From Terriglobia bacterium (GTDB lineage: Bacteria > Acidobacteriota > Terriglobia > 2-12-FULL-54-10), in the NCBI GenBank assembly GCA_963666975.2, contig CAXVYR010000004.1, positions 1,792,001 through 1,856,000 on the forward strand: DNA of 64,000 nt, written 5' to 3'. The position numbers and the translations under genes were made by a program. A model generated the notes under the pieces. It did not search any database, was not told the origin of the DNA, and worked only from the letters and a program-made list of their open reading frames with translations. Shown here one piece after another: positions 20,310 to 29,909 of the stretch (within the stretch, counting starts at the first letter, position 1; each line of letters starts with the position of its first letter).

Positions 20310-20764
20310 GGTGAGCAGGCTGGGCGATCGCCTCGTCCCTTGCGGGCGGGGAGGAAAGTCCGGACTCCGCAGAGCAGTGTGCTGGCTAACGGCCAGGATT
20401 TGCCGGGCCTCTTTCGTTTCGGCGCGAGGGGTTGGGCAGGTACGGACAGTGCCACAGAAAATATACCGCCCTGTCGCAAGACGGGGTAAGGGTGAAAAGG
20501 TGCGGCTCCTTCGGGAGCTTAATGTAAGAGCGCACCGCCCGGACGGTGACGGCCGGGGCAGGGCAAACCCCACATGGAGCAAGACCAAATAGGAGAGGAG
20601 GAGTGGCTCGCTCCGCCCCACTCCGCCCGGCAACGGGCGGGGATCACTCTCGGGTAGGTCGCTAGAGCCCGGAAGTAATTCCGGGCCCAGACGAATGATC
20701 GCCATCCCGCTTCCTCGTTTCGGCGGGGGCGGGATACAGAATCCGGCTTACAGGCCTGTTCACC
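20310..20764 (+). ncRNA. rnpB: RNase P RNA (class A)
   Basis: GAGGAAAGTCCGGACTCC, AGTGCCACAGAAA, GGCAAACCCC, GAGCAAGACCAAATAG, ACAGAATCCGGCTTA; P1 pairing GGTGAGCAGGC/GCCTGTTCACC. Confidence 0.97.
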
Positions 20765-20951
20765 TATTGAATGTTTTCTCTGGAGTTGGTCCATGCACGC
20801 TGGCTGAAGCCCGGAAGGACAATAAGCCAGCAGGCTTTACAGCCGGTTGGGCATTGCCCTTTTCCTCCAAGACCTTTCAGACGTGACTTGAGAAACCTAG
20901 AACTATGCCCCTCATCTTCCAATACGGGTCCAACCCCTTCCCCAGCGAATT

Positions 20952-21707
20952 ATGAACACTCAACTTCAACTTAGCGGCTTCCGGCGACTCCATGATTTCT
21001 TCCAATCACGGCTCCGACACCCTGATACCGACACGTTCAATCTTTTGAACACCAGCATTGGCGCTTGGCTGCGGTACTACGGTTTTTTGCAAATTGTTCG
21101 AGCGAGATATCAGCAGGCAACCGTGGAATTTGTCGAGGCGATGCAGCGCCAGTACGAGGCTAGGAAGTCAGAGCCCTCCGGATCGCGGCCAGTGACACCA
21201 GAAGAGTTAGCGGAAATGCAGCGCACAACCGAGATCGGGAATAGACTGCATTTGGAAATAGAGAGCTTTTATATTTTTGCGAACATTCTGCTCGACCGCA
21301 TCGCGTCGACCTTCAGGTTCTACTTCTGGAAAAAAAATCCACAATGGAACCACAGGCAGCTTACGAGCCACATGGAGAGAATCTGCACAAAAAAACAATT
21401 GACCGTTACGCCAAACTGCATCTTACAGATGCCAGCAGACCTCGAGAAGCAAATTGTCTCATACCGAAATACACGCATTGAGCATGTCGAAGAACCACGG
21501 CTTCAATTCGCTACCATGTGGAATTCAGACAAGAAAACAAAGATTTCTCCGATTTTCCTCTACCCGCAGCCAGGCGAGGCAGAATCGCAACAGAACCCAA
21601 CGGGAGACCTCGAAGAAATTCTGCGGCTACTTGATAGCTACGTAGTCGCAATGCTCGACTTTTTCGACGCCAACGCCGACAAGTCAATCCTGCCATCAAA
21701 TCCTTGA
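20952..21707 (+). CDS. Hypothetical helical protein, putative HEPN-type RNase
   Basis: E-SFY....LD helix and RNTRIEH (Rx5H) motif; visibly lower GC than neighbours. Confidence 0.55.
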   Translation: MNTQLQLSGFRRLHDFFQSRLRHPDTDTFNLLNTSIGAWLRYYGFLQIVRARYQQATVEFVEAMQRQYEARKSEPSGSRPVTPEELAEMQRTTEIGNRLHLEIESFYIFANILLDRIASTFRFYFWKKNPQWNHRQLTSHMERICTKKQLTVTPNCILQMPADLEKQIVSYRNTRIEHVEEPRLQFATMWNSDKKTKISPIFLYPQPGEAESQQNPTGDLEEILRLLDSYVVAMLDFFDANADKSILPSNP

Positions 21708-21752
21708 CACCCCTCCGCCATTGCCAGCAACCCACACGACACGCTCAACTCC

Positions 21753-21815
21753 ACCCCCTACCATCTCCGGCATCAGGGCGGCGGGCTCGCCCAGGTTCCT
21801 AAGTTCCGCTTAGCT
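21753..21815 (+). repeat. Direct repeat, left copy flanking the SRAP-lexA-dinB cassette
   Basis: ACCCCCTACCATCTCCGGCATCAGGGCGGCGGGCTCGCCCAGGTT..AAGTTCC..AGCT; matches 24599-24668. Confidence 0.85.
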
Positions 21816-21835
21816 ATCATGGAATATTGGGAACG

Positions 21836-22516
21836 TTAGGGAACGTCGGCAACGGGTTTTATGATGTCGGGGATGTCGACCGATGCGCGGTTCACAGCCC
21901 TCGACACTTCATACGCATGCATAGCCAGGGCTGGCGCAGCCTCCAGCAGCGCAATGAAATCTCGCGATGTTCCCTTGTTGGCCAGCCATGCCTGTTCCCT
22001 CTCCTCATCCAATATCACAGGCATTCGCGAATGGATGGGTTGCATCAGTGCATTGGCCGCCGTGGTGATAATGGCAAAATGCGGCGCCGGACCTCCCTTT
22101 CCCTCTTCCTCTTCTGGACTTTCCTGCCAAATCCCGGCAAAGGCGAACAGTTTTCCATCCTTCCGAGTGATTCGGAACGGAACCTTTTTCCCGCCGGGCA
22201 GAGTCTTCCACTCGTAAAAACCGTCTGCCGGGACCAGGCACCGGCGCTTCTCCAGGTCCGCCCGGAAGGTATGTTTATCGCGCAGCGTCTCAAACCGGAC
22301 GTTGATCAACCCGCTCTTTTTGGCGACCTTGGCAAGCCATTCGGGTTTGATCCCCCAGGGAGTCAAGACGATCTTGCCCGCATCGGCATTGAGGATGACC
22401 GGCAGCTTTTGTGATGGGGCGGCGTTGTAGCGGGGCTTCATCGGCTCCGTAAACGCCGCCCGAAAGCGCTCCTCGACCTCCGTGGACTCCACCGCAATGG
22501 AATAGCGTCCGCACAT
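21836..22516 (-). CDS. SOS response-associated peptidase (SRAP; YedK/HMCES-like abasic-site protector)
   Basis: N-terminal MCGRY, RYNAAPSQ, RRCLVPADGFYEW, IHSRMPVIL. Confidence 0.95.
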   Translation of the reverse strand: MCGRYSIAVESTEVEERFRAAFTEPMKPRYNAAPSQKLPVILNADAGKIVLTPWGIKPEWLAKVAKKSGLINVRFETLRDKHTFRADLEKRRCLVPADGFYEWKTLPGGKKVPFRITRKDGKLFAFAGIWQESPEEEEGKGGPAPHFAIITTAANALMQPIHSRMPVILDEEREQAWLANKGTSRDFIALLEAAPALAMHAYEVSRAVNRASVDIPDIIKPVADVP

Positions 22517-22559
22517 GGCCCCATCCTACCATCGCCCCGGCGTGATCCGCAGGTAGGTA

Positions 22560-22589
22560 TTGACAAGTGAACGTTCGTTCACCTATACT
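22560..22589 (+). promoter_or_regulatory. Sigma70 promoter with palindromic LexA-type operator in the spacer
   Basis: TTGACA (22560-65), GTGAACGTTCGTTCAC (22567-82; GAAC-N4-GTTC core), TATACT (22584-89). Confidence 0.8.
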
Positions 22590-22602
22590 GCCTACGAGAA
22601 CT

Positions 22603-23175
22603 ATGCCACCGCTTGAGGCCTGCAAAGAGAAGCTCCTGAAGTTCTACCGCCGTCACCGGCGCATGCCTTCCTATGCCGAGATCATGGAGCTGGCGGGATT
22701 CAAGTCTAAAAATGCGGCCTATAAGCTGGTTGGGAAACTGATCGAGCTGGGCGTTGTGGCCAAGGACGCCAAAGGGCGTCTGGTTCCAAAGCGGCTGGAG
22801 TCGGCGATTCCGGTGCTCGGCGTGGTGGAGGCCGGCTGGCCCTCTCCCGCCGAGGAAGAGCTTCTGGACACCCTGACGCTCGACGACTACCTCATCCGGA
22901 ACAAGGAAGCGACCTACCTGCTGCAGGTGAAGGGAGACTCCATGACCGAGGCCGGCATCCTGCCCGGCGACCAGGTGCTGGTGGAGCGCGGAGCGGAGCC
23001 CAAAGACGGCGACATTGTCATCGCGGAGGTGGACGGCGCCTGGACGATGAAGTTTTTCCGCAAGCGCGGCGGCAAGGTTATCCTGACGCCCGGCAATCAG
23101 AAGTACCAGCCGATCACGCCGAAACACGAGCTGCGCATCGCTGCCGTCGTCAAAGCCGTAATCAGAAAATACTAG
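22603..23175 (+). CDS. lexA: LexA-family repressor / S24 peptidase
   Basis: MPSYAEIMELAGFKSKNA HTH region, EAGWP Ala-Gly cleavage site, GDSM catalytic Ser, TMK catalytic Lys. Confidence 0.85.
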   Translation: MPPLEACKEKLLKFYRRHRRMPSYAEIMELAGFKSKNAAYKLVGKLIELGVVAKDAKGRLVPKRLESAIPVLGVVEAGWPSPAEEELLDTLTLDDYLIRNKEATYLLQVKGDSMTEAGILPGDQVLVERGAEPKDGDIVIAEVDGAWTMKFFRKRGGKVILTPGNQKYQPITPKHELRIAAVVKAVIRKY

Positions 23176-23203
23176 CCGTGGCGCTCCGGTACAGCAACGC
23201 ACT

Positions 23204-24526
23204 ATGCAAATGCGCGACACTCCGCTTTCCATCCACGGCTTCCCGCGCGCCATCCTGCACATTGATGGCGACGCGTTTTTTGCGTCCTGCGAGCAGGCGG
23301 GCAACCCGGCTTTGCGAGGCAAGCCGGTCATCACCGGCAAGGAGCGTGGGATTGTCGCCTCGATGAGCTACGAGGCCAAGGCCAGGGGCGTAACGCGCGC
23401 CATGCGCCTGTTCGAGGTCAAAAAACTCTGCCCCGACGCCGTCATGCTCCCATCCGACTACGAGACCTACAGCCTGCTCTCCAAGCGTTTCTTCTCGATT
23501 GTGCGGCGGTACACGCCGGAGGTGGAAGAGTACGGCATCGACGAATGCTTCGCCGACCTGACGGGCCTGCGAAGAACCCTGCGCATGAACTACCTGGAGA
23601 TTGCGCGCCGCATTAAGCGTGATCTCGACACGGAGTTGGGCTTCACCTTCTCGGCTGGTCTCGCGCCAAACAAAGTCGTCGCCAAGATCGGCTCCAAGTG
23701 GAAGAAACCTTCCGGGCTGACGGCGATCATGGCGCGGGACATTCATGTTTACCTCAAAGCGCTGCCGGTTGAAAAAGTGTGGGGCATCGGGCCGCAGACG
23801 GCCGCATATTTCCAAAAGCAGGGCATAAGGACCGCGCTCGATTTCGCACGCCGCGAGGAGGAATGGGTGAGAGCACATCTCAGCAAGCCCTTCTGCGAGA
23901 TATGGCAGGAACTGCGCGGGGAATTTGTGATTCCGCTGGAAACTTCGGAAAAGACCACCTATGCCAGCATTCAGAAAGCGAAAACTTTCACCCCGCCTTC
24001 CGGCGACAGGGAGTTTGTGCTGGCGCAGTTGTCGAAAAACATCGAAAACGCCACCATGAAAGCCCGCCGCTACCGGCTGGCCGCGAAGGGCGCGGTGATC
24101 TTTATCAAGACGCAAGATTTCCGAAGCGTGGGCATGGAGGTCCGCCTCTCCCGACCGACGGCCTTCCCGAATGATATTCTCCGCGCCGTCACGCCAGCAT
24201 TTGACGAACTCTTCAACCCAAAAATGGAGTACCGTCAGACGGGTGTTGTACTAGTCGGGCTTGAGGAGGACCGTACAGTGCAACTTGATCTGTTTGGAGC
24301 GGTACTGAGGGCAGAACAAATGCGGCGGCTCTACGGCAGTGTGGATGAGGTGCGCAGGAAGTATGGGAAGCACGCGGTGCATCTTGGCTCCAGTTTCCTG
24401 GCAAACCAATTCGCTCAACATTTAGGCGAGCGCGGCGACGTTCCGAAACGGAAAGAGACGCTGTTCAAGGGAGAAAGCGAACGTAAACGACTAGGTATTG
24501 CCATGTTCTTCGCAGATGTGCAGTAG
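23204..24526 (+). CDS. dinB: Y-family DNA polymerase IV
   Basis: HIDGDAFFASCE, SYEAK, GIDECF, KPSG, WGIG, C-terminal QLDLF clamp motif. Confidence 0.92.
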   Translation: MQMRDTPLSIHGFPRAILHIDGDAFFASCEQAGNPALRGKPVITGKERGIVASMSYEAKARGVTRAMRLFEVKKLCPDAVMLPSDYETYSLLSKRFFSIVRRYTPEVEEYGIDECFADLTGLRRTLRMNYLEIARRIKRDLDTELGFTFSAGLAPNKVVAKIGSKWKKPSGLTAIMARDIHVYLKALPVEKVWGIGPQTAAYFQKQGIRTALDFARREEEWVRAHLSKPFCEIWQELRGEFVIPLETSEKTTYASIQKAKTFTPPSGDREFVLAQLSKNIENATMKARRYRLAAKGAVIFIKTQDFRSVGMEVRLSRPTAFPNDILRAVTPAFDELFNPKMEYRQTGVVLVGLEEDRTVQLDLFGAVLRAEQMRRLYGSVDEVRRKYGKHAVHLGSSFLANQFAQHLGERGDVPKRKETLFKGESERKRLGIAMFFADVQ

Positions 24527-24598
24527 GGGCGAAGTAACCAACGCCTAGCCCAGCATCCCCGAAATCGGGCCAATTCCCACAGCGTCAAATTGACGGCA

Positions 24599-24668
24599 AC
24601 CCCCCTACTCCATCTCCGGCATCAGCGTGACGGGCTCGCCCAGGTTGCAATGAAGTTCCAATTAAGCT
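24599..24668 (+). repeat. Direct repeat, right copy flanking the SRAP-lexA-dinB cassette
   Basis: ACCCCCCTACTCCATCTCCGGCATCAGCGTGACGGGCTCGCCCAGGTT..AAGTTCC..AGCT. Confidence 0.85.
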
Positions 24669-24869
24669 CCACTGCGCCCAGCGCAGGTTCATACCGGAGA
24701 GCGAAAGCCGCTAGGAGTAGCACTCCTGCACGGAAATGCCCGGTGCGAGGCCGCCCGCCAAAGCAAAAGGATATTTTATTCTTGAAACAATTTTTCTGAA
24801 TAGACTCATGCTGCGGGGATTTGCGCAGCATGGCCTATTCACTTGTTTCCCTATGTGCCTGCCTCGTGT

Positions 24870-25481
24870 CTACTTGCCTGAGGTAAAGCGCTTTTCCGCT
24901 TCGCTCCAGTTGACGACTTTCCACCAGGCTTCAACGTACTCATTTCTCCGGTTCTGATATTTCAAGTAGTAGGCATGTTCCCAAACGTCCAGGCCCAAAA
25001 CGGGGAAATGACCCTCCATCTGAGGGCTGTCCTGATTCGCCGTCGATGTGATCTCAAGTTTACCGGACTTGTTCTGCAGCAGCCACGCCCACCCCGAGCC
25101 GAAGCGGCCCATCGCGGCGGCGGCGAATTTCTCTTTGAATTGGTCAAAACCGCCGAAGGCGCTCTTGATGGCCTCGGCCAGCTTTCCGCCGGGCTGCCCG
25201 CCGGCCTTGGGTCCCATGATGGTCCAGAAAATGGCGTGGTTCATGTAGCCGCCGCCATTGTTGCGGACCGCAGTCCGGATGTTTTCGGGAACCGCTTTAC
25301 AATTATCGGCCAGCAGTTGCTCGATGCTCTGGTTGGCCAGGTTGGCCGACTCCAGGGCCTTGTTCAGGTTCGTGATGTAGGCATTGTGGTGCTTGCCGTG
25401 ATGGATTTCCATCGTGGTCTTGTCGATATACGGCTCCAGGGCATCGTGCGCGTACGGGAGCTGCGGAAGTGAAAACGCCAT
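24870..25481 (-). CDS. sodA: Superoxide dismutase (Mn-type signature)
   Basis: [40 protein letters not shown]. Confidence 0.93.
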   Translation of the reverse strand: MAFSLPQLPYAHDALEPYIDKTTMEIHHGKHHNAYITNLNKALESANLANQSIEQLLADNCKAVPENIRTAVRNNGGGYMNHAIFWTIMGPKAGGQPGGKLAEAIKSAFGGFDQFKEKFAAAAMGRFGSGWAWLLQNKSGKLEITSTANQDSPQMEGHFPVLGLDVWEHAYYLKYQNRRNEYVEAWWKVVNWSEAEKRFTSGK

Positions 25482-25723
25482 AGATCCTCCTCATTGCAAT
25501 TTAGACTTTCTGACTTTCTGACTTTCTGAAAGATATGCCGGAAATGGAAAACAGCTATTCTATAATAAATCGTTGCGAACTGGCCTCATGATTCCAGGCA
25601 GGTGCGCTGAACCGGCGTGGAAAGGTTCCAAACGGCGGGTCTGTGCGGGTGTGGCCGTCTGGAAAGCAAGGGAGGGACGCACGGAAGGAAACAGCTACAG
25701 CGCGGAGGAGCCTGTTGGATGCC

Positions 25724-26488
25724 ATGAATCGCAAGACCCCTGCATTTTTGATCTCTAAAGAAAAATATGATGCCATCCTGTTCGACCTGGACGGCGTGAT
25801 CACAAAAACGGCGAAGACCCACGCCGCGGCGTGGAAGGCGCTGTTTGACGAATATCTGAAAGAATGCGCCGACCGCAGCGGGGAGCCGTTCCGGCTTTTC
25901 GATGCGGAAAAAGACTACCTGCAATACGTGGACGGAAAACCCCGCTACGAAGGCGTCAAAAGCTTTCTGGAATCTCGCGGCATCCAGCTTCCTTTTGGCA
26001 CTCCGCAGGACACTACGGATCAGGAGACCGTATGCGGGCTGGGGAACCGCAAGAACCGCCTGCTGGTGGAGCAACTGAAAAAGCACCGTGTGGAGGTCTT
26101 CGACTCCTCCATCGAACTCATTCGCGAGCTGCAATCGAAGGGCTTCCAAACGGCAGTGGTCTCCTCCAGCAAGAACTGCGCGGAGGTTCTGAAGTCGGCG
26201 GGTTTCCCCGGCCTGTTCGGCGTCCAGGTCGACGGCAACGACGCGGAGCGGCTGGGTCTGGAAGGCAAGCCCGCGCCCGGAACCTTTCTGGAAGCGGCAC
26301 GGCAGCTTGGCGTGGACCCGGCGCGCGCCATCGTCGTGGAAGACGCCATTGTGGGGGTCCAGGCGGGGAGGCGAGGGAACTTTGGCGGCGTCATTGGAGT
26401 GGATAGAACGGGCCAGGCCGCTGCCTTACAGGCGAATGGAGCGGATGTCGTGGTGAGTGATCTTTCGGAGGTTGCTTGTGAGCAATGA
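25724..26488 (+). CDS. Beta-phosphoglucomutase family HAD hydrolase
   Basis: FDLDGVIT, YVDGKPRYEGV, SSSKN, GKPAP, VEDAIVGVQAG; start may be TTG 25715. Confidence 0.9.
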   Translation: MNRKTPAFLISKEKYDAILFDLDGVITKTAKTHAAAWKALFDEYLKECADRSGEPFRLFDAEKDYLQYVDGKPRYEGVKSFLESRGIQLPFGTPQDTTDQETVCGLGNRKNRLLVEQLKKHRVEVFDSSIELIRELQSKGFQTAVVSSSKNCAEVLKSAGFPGLFGVQVDGNDAERLGLEGKPAPGTFLEAARQLGVDPARAIVVEDAIVGVQAGRRGNFGGVIGVDRTGQAAALQANGADVVVSDLSEVACEQ

Positions 26489-27311
26489 AAAAGCTGCCGC
26501 CGAAGTCAGCGCCCAGACGCTACCCTCGGCATTGGAGCGTATCGAAGAGCTGCAACAACTCGCGCGGGGCAAGCGCTTCGCCGTCTTTCTCGATTATGAC
26601 GGCACGCTGACGCCGATCGTCGCCCGCCCGGAACTGGCGGTTCTTTCCGACCAGACGCGCCAGACTGTAATCGAGCTGGCCAGCCGCTGCACCGTGGCGG
26701 TCATCAGCGGCAGGGACCTGCGGGATGTGCGGAAGCTGATCGGGATTGACGGAATCTTTTACGCCGGAAGCCACGGTTTCGACATCGAAGGGCCGGAAGG
26801 CAAGGTGCAGGGGGCGAAGCAGGGAACCGATTTCCTCCCCGTGCTCGACCGCGCCGAGCAGGAACTCCGGGACCGTCTGACCTGGATCGCCGGTTCTCTT
26901 ATCGAGCGGAAGAAGTTCTCCATTGCAATCCATTACCGCCAGGTTCAGGAAAATGAGGCCGGAGCGGTGGAGGAGGCCGTCGATCAGGTGCTGGCGCTCC
27001 ATCCGGAGCTGCGCAAGACATACGGCAAGAAAGTGTATGAACTGCAGCCGAAGATCGATTGGCACAAGGGAAAGGCTTTGCTTTGGCTGATGGAGGCGCT
27101 GCATCTGCCCGAATCGGAAGTCCTGCCGATGTATATCGGCGATGACGTTACCGACGAGGATGCCTTTCGGGCGCTGCTGGACCGCGGCGCCGGCATCGTT
27201 GTCCGGGACACCCCGCGGCAAACGGTGGCGCGGTATGCGCTCGAGGATACCGACGATGTGCGGCGGTTTCTCCATGCGCTCACTTCCATACTGGACGGAG
27301 GGAAACGGTGA
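26478..27311 (+). CDS. otsB: Trehalose-6-phosphate phosphatase
   Basis: FLDYDGTLTPIV, ISGRD, AGSHG, KGKA, YIGDDVTDEDAF. Confidence 0.93.
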   Translation: MSNEKAAAEVSAQTLPSALERIEELQQLARGKRFAVFLDYDGTLTPIVARPELAVLSDQTRQTVIELASRCTVAVISGRDLRDVRKLIGIDGIFYAGSHGFDIEGPEGKVQGAKQGTDFLPVLDRAEQELRDRLTWIAGSLIERKKFSIAIHYRQVQENEAGAVEEAVDQVLALHPELRKTYGKKVYELQPKIDWHKGKALLWLMEALHLPESEVLPMYIGDDVTDEDAFRALLDRGAGIVVRDTPRQTVARYALEDTDDVRRFLHALTSILDGGKR

Positions 27312-29737
27312 CTGCTTGGTCTTTGGTCTATGAGAAGTTTGATCCAGGCAATGAGGGCCTGCGCGAGGCCCTATGCACGCTCGGCAACGGCTACATTGCC
27401 TCCCGTGGCGCCGCGCCGGAAGCCGAGGCCGGCGCGGTTCACTACCCCGGCACTTATCTGGCCGGTGGATACAACCGGCTCACCACAGAGATTGCCGGCC
27501 GTCCGATCGAGAACGAGGACCTGGTCAATTTCCCGAACTGGCTTCCCCTGACCTTCCGCATCGCCCGTGGAAAGTGGTTTAACCTGCTGGCGGTGGAGAT
27601 CCTCTCCTATCGCCAGGAGCTGGACTTGAAACGAGGCGTGCTGCTGCGCGAGGTGCGCTTCCGCGACAAGCAGGGACGGCAGACCCGGCTGACCAACCGC
27701 CGTTTGGTTCATATGGGGAACCCGCATCTGGCCGCGATAGAGACCACGCTGACCGCTGAGAACTGGTCGGGACAAACAGAGTTCCGTTCCGCGCTGGACG
27801 GCCGCGTAGTCAACGCCGGCGTGGAACGCTACAAGAATCTGAACAGCAAGCACCTGAAGCCGGTAGAAACCGGGGCGATCGGTGAAGACAGCATCTATTT
27901 GAAGGTTCAAACCACGCAATCGGAGATTCGCATGGCGCAGGCCGCCCGGACGCAGGTCTTCCAGGATGGCGACCCGGTCGAGGTCGAACGGCGCACGATC
28001 CGGGAAACCGGCTATATCGCTCAGCAGTTTTCCGTGAACCTCCGGGAAGGAATCGAGATCAGCATCGAAAAGGTTGTCACGGTATTCACCTCCAGGGATT
28101 TCGCCGTCTCCGAATGCGGACTGCAGGCCCGGGATACGCTCTCGCGGGCCGGGCGGTTTCCCGATCTGCTCGAGAGCCACACCCTGGCATGGGAGCATCT
28201 GTGGCGACGCTTCGATATTGAGGCCGAGCAGGCCAGCGGCCCCCGCACGGCGATGATCCTTCACCTGCACCTGTTCCACCTGTTGCAGTCCGCTTCGATG
28301 CACACGATTGACCTCGACGTCGGAATTCCGGCGCGGGGCTGGCATGGGGAGGCCTACCGGGGACATGTCTTTTGGGACGAGTTGTTCATCTTTCCTTTGC
28401 TGAACCTCCGCGTTCCTGAGATCACGCGCGCCTTGCTCCTATACCGCTATCAGCGGCTCGATGAAGCGCGCGCGGGCGCGCGGAAGGCCGGGTATCGCGG
28501 CGCCATGTACCCCTGGCAGAGCGGCAGCACGGGGCGGGAGGAAACTCAGCAGATGCACCTCAATCCCCGTTCCGGCCGCTGGATTGATGACAACTCCCAC
28601 CGGCAGCGCCATGTAAATGCGGCCATCGTCTACAATATTTGGCAGTACTATCAGACCACCCGCAATATGGAGTTCCTAGTCCTGCATGGGGCGGAGATGA
28701 TCTTGGAGATCGCCCGCTTTTGGGCCAGCATCGCGACCTACAATGCGGACCGGGACCGCTATGAAATCCTCGGGGTGATGGGCCCCGATGAATACCACGA
28801 CGGCTACCTCAACGGGGAAAGCAAAGGATTGAATAACAACGCCTACACCAACATTATGGCGGTGTGGGTCATATGCCGGGCGCTGGAAACCCTCGATCTG
28901 CTGCGCCGGGTCCGCCGCGCCCGCTTCTGGGAATTATGGGAGAAACTGGATCTCACCCAGGAGGAGATTGACCACTGGCAGGAGCTGAGCCGGAAAATGC
29001 GCATCGTTTTTCACGAAGACGGGATCATCAGCCAGTTTGAAGGCTATGAGCAATTGGAGGAGTTTGACTGGGAGGGCTATCGAAAAAAATACGGCGACAT
29101 CCACCGTCTGGACCGCATCCTCGAGGCGGAAGGGGACGCGCCGAACCGCTACAAGGCGTCAAAACAAGCCGACGTGCTGATGCTTTTCTATTTGTTTTCC
29201 TCCGAGGAACTGGGCCAGCTTTTTGAACAGCTCGGTTATCCGTTCGAATACGAAACCATACCGAAAAATATCGAGTACTACATGAAACGCACCTCGCATG
29301 GCTCGACCCTGAGCCGGGTGGTCCATTCCTGGGTGCTGGCGCGTTCGGACCGCGCCCGTTCCTGGCAACTGTTCAACGAGGCGCTCGAAAGCGACATCGC
29401 CGATATTCAGCATGGAACCACGGCCGAAGGCATTCACTTGGGCGCCATGGCCGGCTCGGTGGACTTGATGCAGCGCGCTTTTACCGGCCTGGAGACACGG
29501 GGCGACGTGCTTCGGTTCAATCCTAGCTTACCCGAGGAATTGAAGAGGCTGTGCTTGCAGATTCACTATCGCAGGCATCTGATGGAACTCGAGATCTCTC
29601 ATACCGAGGTGAAAATCAGGACTGTGACGGGTTCCCCAGGGCCGGTCAAGATCGGCTTCCGGGATCAAGTGTGTGAACTCTGGGAAGGCGAGACCAAAGA
29701 GTTCCCGCTCTCCGGTCCTTGCGAACCGAACGGGTAA
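27308..29737 (+). CDS. Glycoside hydrolase family 65 (trehalose/maltose-type phosphorylase)
   Basis: TLGNGY, HGEAYRGHVFWDE, GPDEYH, KQAD, HGSTLS. Confidence 0.93.
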   Translation: MTAWSLVYEKFDPGNEGLREALCTLGNGYIASRGAAPEAEAGAVHYPGTYLAGGYNRLTTEIAGRPIENEDLVNFPNWLPLTFRIARGKWFNLLAVEILSYRQELDLKRGVLLREVRFRDKQGRQTRLTNRRLVHMGNPHLAAIETTLTAENWSGQTEFRSALDGRVVNAGVERYKNLNSKHLKPVETGAIGEDSIYLKVQTTQSEIRMAQAARTQVFQDGDPVEVERRTIRETGYIAQQFSVNLREGIEISIEKVVTVFTSRDFAVSECGLQARDTLSRAGRFPDLLESHTLAWEHLWRRFDIEAEQASGPRTAMILHLHLFHLLQSASMHTIDLDVGIPARGWHGEAYRGHVFWDELFIFPLLNLRVPEITRALLLYRYQRLDEARAGARKAGYRGAMYPWQSGSTGREETQQMHLNPRSGRWIDDNSHRQRHVNAAIVYNIWQYYQTTRNMEFLVLHGAEMILEIARFWASIATYNADRDRYEILGVMGPDEYHDGYLNGESKGLNNNAYTNIMAVWVICRALETLDLLRRVRRARFWELWEKLDLTQEEIDHWQELSRKMRIVFHEDGIISQFEGYEQLEEFDWEGYRKKYGDIHRLDRILEAEGDAPNRYKASKQADVLMLFYLFSSEELGQLFEQLGYPFEYETIPKNIEYYMKRTSHGSTLSRVVHSWVLARSDRARSWQLFNEALESDIADIQHGTTAEGIHLGAMAGSVDLMQRAFTGLETRGDVLRFNPSLPEELKRLCLQIHYRRHLMELEISHTEVKIRTVTGSPGPVKIGFRDQVCELWEGETKEFPLSGPCEPNG

Positions 29738-29909
29738 TCCGGTTTCCGAACTTCTGTTCGGACCGGGCAGGAGACTTCCCCTTCGCAAGCTGTCCCAGCA
29801 GAAAGGCGCTTTCCGGCGAGAGGTATGCCGGTCTGAGCGCCCTCATTTTTCGTCCCGTTTGTTCGGATTCATAACGGAAACAATGGAATCCGGCTGGTTT
29901 TCCCCGAAC

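Noticed and set aside
20780-20850. Possible displaced copy of the rnpB 3' end (AGCCCGGAAG, GGCTTTACAG)
   Set aside because: Matches are short and not colinear enough; could be chance in GC-rich DNA.
20091-20886. Several ORFs overlapping rnpB
   Set aside because: Spurious frames across the RNase P RNA gene.
24797-24845. GGCCTATTCAC as an attR matching the rnpB end GGCCTGTTCAC
   Set aside because: Only 10 of 11 bp, and it lies in a hairpin better explained as the terminator between dinB and sodA.
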